Source: Octopus sinensis (lineage: Eukaryota). From it: 64,000 nt of DNA. The DNA is taken from contig NC_043002.1 of the NCBI RefSeq assembly GCF_006345805.1, forward strand, positions 24,986,001 to 25,050,000. The letters run 5' to 3'. The stretch's first letter is position 1, and each line of letters starts with the position of its first letter. Under the pieces are notes generated by a model. The model made no database searches. It was given only the letters and a program-made list of their open reading frames with translations, and had not been told where the DNA came from. The position numbers were made by a program, and so were the translations under genes. Shown one piece after another: positions 55,986-64,000 of this stretch.

Positions 55986-56350
55986 GCGAGCTGGTAAAAT
56001 GGTTAGCATGTCGACAAAATGCTTAGTAGCTTTTCTTCGGTTAAACTAAAGCGTTACACCATTAAAAAAAAACAACAAAAAAAATGTGTGTAATAGGTGT
56101 AAAACAACTTCCTCTGAACGAATATGAAAAAAAAAAATGCGCGCACGCGAAAGGGGAGTGGGGGAGAGGCCTCGGACAATTCACATCGGGAATTTCCGAA
56201 AGCGTATGAGGGGCTGACCTCAGGTTCTAAGTGCGAATTCCGCCAAAGTCGACTTTACCACTTACCCTTTTGGAAAGTGGGATCAATGTAATTGGCTTGC
56301 TCTTCTCGTAATTGCCAGCCTTGTGTCAAAATTAGAAATAATAATAATTA
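55985..56350 (+). mobile_element. tRNA-SINE split by copy 3 of the tandem-repeat element (56040-56221)
   Basis: The SINE head before 56040 and the B box/body after 56222 are contiguous in consensus. No TSD seen. Confidence 0.7.
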
Positions 56351-56934
56351 TTAAAATATGCACCAGCCAAAGGCGATCTTGGAGTTTAGTGAGCAATAGT
56401 TTTGAGATATATTTGTAGCATGTCAGGAAAGCTATTTTTAATGTCATATTGGAGCATAGTTGTGCAATGTCAGCCCCAGCCAATCAGGGCTGGGCAGATA
56501 TTAATACCAAAAGCAGTTCTCTGCCCAAGAAGAGAAGTGGGTGTTTTAATCAGTTAGTGGAAAGACAGCATACGAGCAACATTGGAACAGCCTCTTTGTT
56601 TTTCCCATCAACTTTCTGCTGCTAACTCTGATTACATCATTTATGCCAACATTGCTCTGAAAACTTTGGAATACCATCAATCCACAACTCTGGAGAGTAT
56701 ATTTTCGTTCATGATCGCTCAGTTTCTGTTGGCTTATAACGATTTCCAACTGAATCCACATTTCAAATGTACGTTATAAAGCTTTCTCTGACTCATGCAC
56801 ATACACCGGCTACACTCATATTATTTGTCAGCTCTTGTTATCTTTTAATAAATTAAAATATTTTGTATAAAATGCCTTCTGATATTTTTATTACACACTC
56901 TTCTCAAAAGTTCACTCACAGGACCTCTATGAAC

Positions 56935-59062
56935 ACTGATGCTGCAAAGAGAGAGACTTGAAGAAGCTATTATGAAAAGTTGCTAAATGAAGAGAATGAA
57001 TGGGAGAAAGAAAGTCTGCCAAATGTCAACCCAACAGAGGGACCAGCTATCTGAATTGACAGCACCTTGGTAGATAAAGCAATTAAGAGTATGAAGACAG
57101 GGAAAGCCCCCGGCCCATCAGGAATCACTACTGAGATGCTTAAAATATCTGGCGGTGTAGGCTATAGTCTAGTCACCTGTAAAGTTAACCAGGGGATACA
57201 TGAAGGAGTCATATCCAATGATTGGTGTAGCAGCACCATAGTCAACTGCTACAAAGGTAAAGGTGACACCTTAGACAGAAATAATTACAGAGGTACCAGA
57301 TTGTTGGATCAGGTAATGAAAGTCATGGAGAAGGTCATAGCCCAACTAATTAGGGAGAGAGTTAGTTTAGATGAGATGCAGTTTGGGTTTGTGCCAGGGA
57401 GAAGCCACACTGATGCTATATTTCTAAGACACCTACAAGAGAAATTCCTAGCCAAAGATAAGCCTCTGTACATGGCTTTAGTTGAGATGGAGAAAGCCTT
57501 TGACAGGATCTCCTAATCCCTTATCTGGTGGTCAATGCAGAAACTAGCAATAGATGAGTGGTTGGTGAGATCTGTACAAGCTGTGTGCAGGGATGTTGTC
57601 AGTAAGGTGAAGGTTGGCAGTGATTATAGTGAAGAATTCTGGGTAGAAGTAGGGATCCATCAAGGATCAGTCCTCAGCACCCTGTTGTTCATCATAATCT
57701 TCTTGGCAATAACAGAGGAATTCAAGACAGGCTGCTCTTGGGAGCTCTTCTATGCTGATGACCTTGCTCTAATAGTCGAGCTACCACCAGAACTAGAGAA
57801 TTTCTAGGTGTGCAAGCAAGGTCTAGAACTGAAGGGCCTTAGAGTTAACCTATCAAAAACCAAAGTCTTAGTTAGTAGGAAGGCAGACAAATCACAGATC
57901 CCTTCAGGTAGATGGCCCTGCTTGATCTGTAGAAAAGGCATAGGTAGAAACTCCATAAGATGTACCTGGTGTAAGCTATGGACACATAAGAGGTGCAGCA
58001 ATATCAAAAGAAGGTTAACTGGGAAGATAGTTTTTGCACAGGTGCAATGAATACTGAAGATGTACAGAAAACTGATTCCATCATGTGCCAGGGTAAAAAA
58101 ACACTAGAAGTAGTTGATAACTTCTGTTACCTAGGTGACTAAGTCAATAGCGGGGGTGAATACTCTGAGAGCATAGCTGCTAGAATAAGAATAGCCTGAG
58201 CAAAGTTCAGAGAACTACCTCTGCTAGTAAGAAAGGCTCTCTCTCTCAGAGTAAAAGGTAGAATATATGATTCCTGTGTGTGAACAGCTATACCACACAG
58301 CAGTGAAACTGCTGAGAACATTCGCAGGCTTGAATGAAATGTAGCTAGTATGCTCTGCTGGGTGTGCAATGTCTGTGCATACACGATAGAGTGTAAACAC
58401 CCTGAGAGAAAAAGTGGACATAAAAAGCATCAGATGTGGTGTGCAAGAGAGACAACTGTACTGGTATGGTCATGTGATGTGTATGGATGCGGACAGCTGT
58501 GTGAAAAAGTGTCACACCCTAACAGTGGAGGGAGCCTGTGGAAGAGGTAGACCCAGGAAGACATGGGATGAGGTGGTGAAGCATGACCATCAAATGTTGG
58601 GCCCCACAGAGGCAATGACAAGTGACTGAGACCTTTGGAAATACACTGTACTTGAGAAGACTTGGCAAGCCAAGTAAAATTGTAGTTGTAACTGATGTCA
58701 ATGTTGCATAACTGGCCTGTTTAAAAAAGCACCTCTCATTCGTTGGGCAATATGCCATGCTTGTGAAGATCTGTTGAACTGAGTGAAATCGTAGTCATGG
58801 CCAATGACAGTGCCACCTAATTGGCACCCGTGCGAGAGGCACATAAAAAGCACCATTCAAGGGTGGCTGATGCCAGTGCCGTCTGAATGACTCCTGTGCC
58901 AGTGGCATGTAAAAACACCTACTACATTCTTAGAGTGGTTAGTGTAGAAACCTTGGCGAATCAGATTGGAGCCTGGTGCAGCCTCCTGGCTTGCCAGTTC
59001 TCAGTCAAATCGTTCAACCCATGCCAGCCTGGAAAGCGGACGTTAAACGACGATGATGATGA
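56935..59062 (+). mobile_element. Degenerate 5'-truncated RTE LINE
   Basis: ORF pieces 57067-57516, 57535-57807, 57808-58050 and 58414-58629 match the RTE RT. (GAT)n tail. Confidence 0.92.
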
Positions 59063-59443
59063 ATTCATTAGCTTCCACTTTTGCTTATTTAAGAAAAATG
59101 TATTGTGTAATTGCATATTTATTTCATGGATTTGCTGTTCCATAATATAAAAGTACTTTGAATTGCTATAAATTACTTATGAGAAAGCATTAGCCATTTT
59201 CTTTGCTGTACTTTATTATTTTTTAAAACTTGCTTCAGCTATCATGTCATATGTGAATATCATTTCCTCTTTTTAATTATTCATTTTTTTTAATGCTTAA
59301 AATCGCATTGTAACAATTTTGCCTTTATCCGTTTCAATTCAGTATAAGTACAGTACAGCATGTCATCTGACAGGTTTGTTTTTCATCAAAGTGACTCTGC
59401 TTTTTACACATTTGCATTAGTTTAATACCTGCATACAAATAAC

Positions 59444-59778
59444 ATCATCATCGTTTAACGTCCGTTTTCCATGCTAGCATGGGTTGGACGGTTCAACTGG
59501 GGTCTGGGAAGCCAGGAGGCTGCGCCAGGCCCAGTCTGATATGGCAGTGTTTCTACAGCTGGATGCCCTTCCTAACGCCAACCACTGCGAGAGTGTAGTG
59601 GGTGCTTTTTATGTGCCACCTGCACAGGTGCCAGACGAGGCTGGCAAACGGCCACGATCAGATGGTGCTTTTTATGTGCCACCGGCATGGGGGCCAGACG
59701 AGGCTGGCAACGGCCACAATCGGATGGTGCTTTTTACGTGCCACCGGCACGGAGGCCAGTCTGGGCGGGGCTGGCAAA
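59444..59778 (-). mobile_element. RTE 3' UTR fragment
   Basis: Same terminal sequence and modules as 22440-22900. Confidence 0.85.
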
Positions 59779-60710
59779 AGCAACATAGTTTTAGAACCAG
59801 AAATCCAGAAATGCTACAGATGAGGAAAACTAACAGAAAAGTCCAGCTATGTTTCACTAGTTCAGTTAGGTATATGCTACAAGTTCCAGTTGTACAATGG
59901 CTGAAACTTCATGAATTATTGCCAGCTCTCATACAGTGCAAAATCTCTAATGGGGATCTCACGAAAGAGCAGAATTCAAAGGCACTCAACTGATTGGCAT
60001 AAAATCATTCACAGACATGGCCTCTGGCCCACAGACATGCTGTCTCCTGTTGTTACTTTTTTTCCACTGCTGCTATAATGGCCTCTGCACTTTGGAGTTG
60101 AGTAGTGTCATGCTATCTTTAACTTGAGCATTCCTGACTTACTCAGCCCACCCCATCATCTTCCATGTTGTGTCCAATCTTTTAGGCCTCACATTATTCT
60201 CCAGAACATCAGCTTTCAGTGGAACATTAATGGCATCAGTCTCACTTGTTACAGAGAGCCTTTGAAGAGCATTGCCACTGATTTGTTTCCCAGACTTGAC
60301 AAGTATAAAAAAATTAAAAAAAGAGAGAGATAGAGCTGTAGATAAAGTGTGCCCCCCCCCCATACTTGAAGGTGTATACACTTGAAACAGATGGAATATG
60401 ATCCTAATATACTGGGTTTGCTTTCTTTCACAGTATTTCAACTCTAACTCTTTCTATCAGTACTTCTCGAATTTGTCATGTAGACAGTGTTGTCATTAAT
60501 TATATTATAATCTTGTTCATTAACCTCAGTATTGCAAATCTAACTTCCAGATAGTAAGGCCTGGCATCAATTATTTTAGACTTAAATACTCTCAACATAT
60601 GTTTGCATCACACACACACACACACACGCACTTGCACACACAGGATAACATAATCTGTTGCATGTACACCCTCATTTTTACATACTAAGATTTGTTTTCT
60701 TTAATTGCAG

Positions 60711-60822
60711 ATCAGAATTGTTGAAAAGTGGAAGGCTATCAAGATGTCACCATTCAGGCAGTGTTAGCTGTAATAACCAGTGTGTTGTGTTTATCCAAAT
60801 TGTTTGACTGTAACAGAGTGAT
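60711..60822 (+). other. Candidate 5' UTR exon of the zinc-finger gene
   Basis: Acceptor ttgttttctttaattgcag and donor GTAAGA. Downstream acceptors at 60961 or 61000 precede the ATG. Confidence 0.35.
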
Positions 60823-61007
60823 GTAAGACATGTATATTTACGGTAGACAGAATAAGGTTGACATTACAAGTTCACAAATATAATTGATTTCTTTGAAGAA
60901 AATATATATTCCATTTTGGAATTTGTTGAAAGAAATGCTTTTGTTATTGTATTTGTCTTAGAGAAATCAATGTCTGTTAAAGTGTTATTAATTGCATTAG
61001 GTTTGCA

Positions 61008-62641
61008 ATGGAGAAAAAACGTTACAAATGTGATATTTGTGAGAAAGAATTTTCTCACAATTATAGATTATCAAATCACAAGCGCATTCATTCAGGAGAA
61101 CACTTATATAACTGTGAAATCTGTGGCAAAGGATTTTCTTTCAGAAGTGCCTTAACAGATCATGTTCGTACTCACACTGGAGACAAACCATATGTTTGTA
61201 AGATCTGTGGGAGAGCATTTTCTCGTCGCAATAATTTAGCAACACACAGCAATATTCACTCTGAAAATAAGGTATACCAATGTGATATTTGTGGGAAAAA
61301 ACTTTCTTGTAGACGTTCTTTAACAGAGCATATGCGTACTCATACAGGGGAAAAACCATATCAGTGTGATAAATGTGATAAATCCTTTTCACGTAGTGGA
61401 GAGTTATCACTTCATAAGCATATTCACACAGACGGAACACCATACCGCTGTAAATTTTGTGGATTAGCATTTACTCATAAGACTTTGTTATCACATCATA
61501 AAGTCATTCACACTGGAAAAGACATATACTCCTGTGAAAATTGTGGCAAAACATTCTCTAGCTGGATTCCTTTTAAACGTCATAGACTTATTCACAATGC
61601 TAAAAAATACAAATGTGAAATCTGTGGTAAAGCATTTTCTTGTAAGAATATATTATCTTATCACAAACGTATTCACTCAGGAGACAAGGCATTTCAATGT
61701 GAAATTTGTGGGAAAACATTTTCTTTTAATTATCGGTTGTTGCTTCATAAAACTGTCCACACAGGATATCCGTTCCGCTGTGAGACCTGTGGGAAATCTT
61801 TTTTTTCTAACAATTATTTAAAAGACCATAAACGTATTCATACTGGAGAAAAACCACACCAATGTGATATCTGTGGCAAATCTTTTTCTTGTAAGAGTAA
61901 CTTATCATTTCATAAACGTAACCATAACTTAAATAAATCTTTGCAGTGTAAAATTTGTGAGAAAACATTTTCTTATTCTTACCAATTATCAAATCATGAA
62001 TGTACTCACACAGATGAAAAATATTTCTGTGAAATATGTGGTAAAGAATTTTCTAGTAACCATAAATTGTTAAACCATAAGCGTACTCATGTAAGTGAAA
62101 AACCATATGAGTGTGACATCTGTGGGAAATCATTTTCATTTAATTATAAATTAACTGTTCACAAATATACCCACACAGGAGAAAAGCCACACCAATGTGA
62201 AATTTGTGGAAAATCATTTGCATACAATTATAAACTAACGAATCATGTACGTAGTCACACAGGAGAAAAGCCATTCAATTGTGATATATGTGAGAAATCT
62301 TATTCTACATGCAGCCTCTTAACAGATCATCAACGTATTCACACAGGAGAAAAACCTTACGTCTGTGACATTTGTGATGAAGCATTTCCTAGTAGTAAGA
62401 AATTATTGCATCACAAACATCTTCATACAGGAGAGAAACCATATCATTGTGACATATGTGGGAATGGATTTTCTCATCCTTCTGGTGTATCCGTTCATAA
62501 ACGTATTATCCACGATGGAGTAAAACCATACCCCTGTGACTTGTGTGGGGAAGCATTCCTTACTCGTAGAAAATTATCACACCATAAACGTATTCATACT
62601 ACAAATTCATCATCATTATCATTGTCATCTTCATTACCATC

Positions 62642-62676
<35 letters not shown>

Positions 62677-62723
62677 GTGAATATAAAAATTGTCTTCAGA
62701 CTGTAGAGAATGTAGAACATTGA
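61008..62723 (+). CDS. C2H2 zinc-finger protein, 19 tandem fingers, poly-Ser tail (571 aa)
   Basis: 19 CX2C..HX3-4H units with TGEKP-type linkers in one open frame. In-frame stop at 60978-60980 upstream of the ATG. Confidence 0.95.
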
Positions 62724-63654
62724 AGTTGTTGTTTTTCAAAACTATATAAATCTTTTAAAATGTATGGAGGTGAATGTTGTTATTAAGTTGTTTGTGTAAA
62801 CCTTCTTCATTGGTATGGTACTTGATTCCACATCTTGCCTTCCATCTGCTCTATTTAACATCGTATTAATGTTTTATTAACCTATAACATCATACTATTG
62901 CCGCCTGTAGTTTCCATAGTGAGACAGTAATGAGGCTAAAATATCACACTACTTCCTTTTCTTATTTCTCCCAGTGTTTCTCATTCTATTTTGTTTAAGA
63001 GACAGTTGGGTAATGTGCGTAAGTCTTGGAGGTACTCTCAGACTGGTGAGGTTGACATGCTTAACTTCAATTTCTGCAAGTCACTGTCAGGAAAACATAT
63101 AGTGGGAGCATGTATCAAGTGTTTTACAACTCTGAAGAGAAAGGTTTGGGAGGTAAGTAAAGCAAAGTAAGGATAATAAGAGATGTAGCGATAAGTAGAA
63201 GTGATTTCTAGTTTCCTTTTAAAAGATCAGCATCTGTTTTTGGTAAGAAAAGAAAGACAAAGAAAAACATGCAGTTCGGTGGTGAGTTAGTGAATGATAG
63301 TTTATCTATCATTCTGATGATCTCTTTAGACATGATCCACAATGTTTTATATGAAGCAGCTGTGCAACAAATAATTGATGAATATATTTCCTAATAAACA
63401 GGTTATTTCTAGCCTTATATTTTCTATTATTTAACTATCTGCTGTAAATCTTTTACAAGTAATTCTGCAGTTAAATGTTTCAGTGAAATAACGTTTATTT
63501 CTGAAGGTCAGTAGTATAATTAGATGTCATTGCACCAATTGAGGAAAGTGTTTAGTGTTTACAAACAAATTTTATAAAAATGGTTTGGTGGTTTGGCACT
63601 CTTAGAAAGAAACCATTTTGCAATACAGATAGTATTATAAAAGGACATAAAAAA

Positions 63655-63968
63655 AAAATGATAAACGTTGCCCTTTTCAAGCCTAGCCAGGCTCATGGGC
63701 CCCGGTTTCCTGGTTTCTGTGGCGTATGTGTTCCCCCCAGCTGGATGGGACGCCAGTCCATCGCAGTGTTACTCAAGAAAGAGGAAGAGAGAGCGAGAGA
63801 AAGTTGTGGTGGAAGAGTACAACAGGAGTCACCACCACCCCCTGCCAGAGCCTCATGGGGCTTTTAGGTGTTTTTGCTCAATAAACACACACAACGCCCG
63901 GTCTGGGAATCAGAACTGCGATACTCCAATCGCGAGTCCGCTGCCCTAACCACTGGGCCATTGCGCCT
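63655..63968 (-). mobile_element. tRNA-derived SINE (head type 2) with a different tail (gcgatggactggcgtcccatccagc...)
   Basis: Head and body match 14174-14360. The tail differs. Confidence 0.85.
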
Positions 63969-64000
63969 CCATATAAGGACATTTGCTTCAGTTATTTTCC

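Noticed and set aside
60143-60294. Possible minus-strand exon (AG...GTAAGT, open frame SGKQISG...)
   Set aside because: No partner exons or recognisable domain; could be decayed TE sequence.

Overview
Repeat-dense eukaryotic nuclear DNA, most likely an octopus. This is inferred from a NUMT with atp6 convergent on trnF-nad5, tRNA-derived CORE-type SINEs, RTE/Tx1 LINEs, AT-rich microsatellites and a long C2H2 zinc-finger array. Only two host genes are supportable. One is a two-coding-exon GT31 (beta-1,3-glycosyltransferase-like) type II membrane protein on the minus strand (11695-11626 joined to 10811-9748, 377 aa) with an atypical NDE in place of the DxD motif. The other is a 19-finger C2H2 protein (61008-62723). 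The rest is layered mobile DNA: Tx1/L1-clade LINEs (one full-length with a 20-bp TSD), RTE LINEs with modular 3' UTR arrays, R4/Dong-like 3' ends stacked in (AAT)n, Penelope-like fragments and a hammerhead motif, Gypsy remnants, a solo LTR, Tc1/mariner/Tigger/piggyBac/Helitron derivatives, several SINE families, and one old mitochondrial insertion broken up across about 11 kb. The most striking observation is that both Tx1-like LINEs with resolvable TSDs lie sense to a consensus TATA box, with the TSD starting exactly 30 nt after the first T of the box. This suggests possible targeting of Pol II transcription start sites, but rests on only two insertions. All calls are by eye; no database searches were run, and boundaries without TSD/TIR support are approximate.
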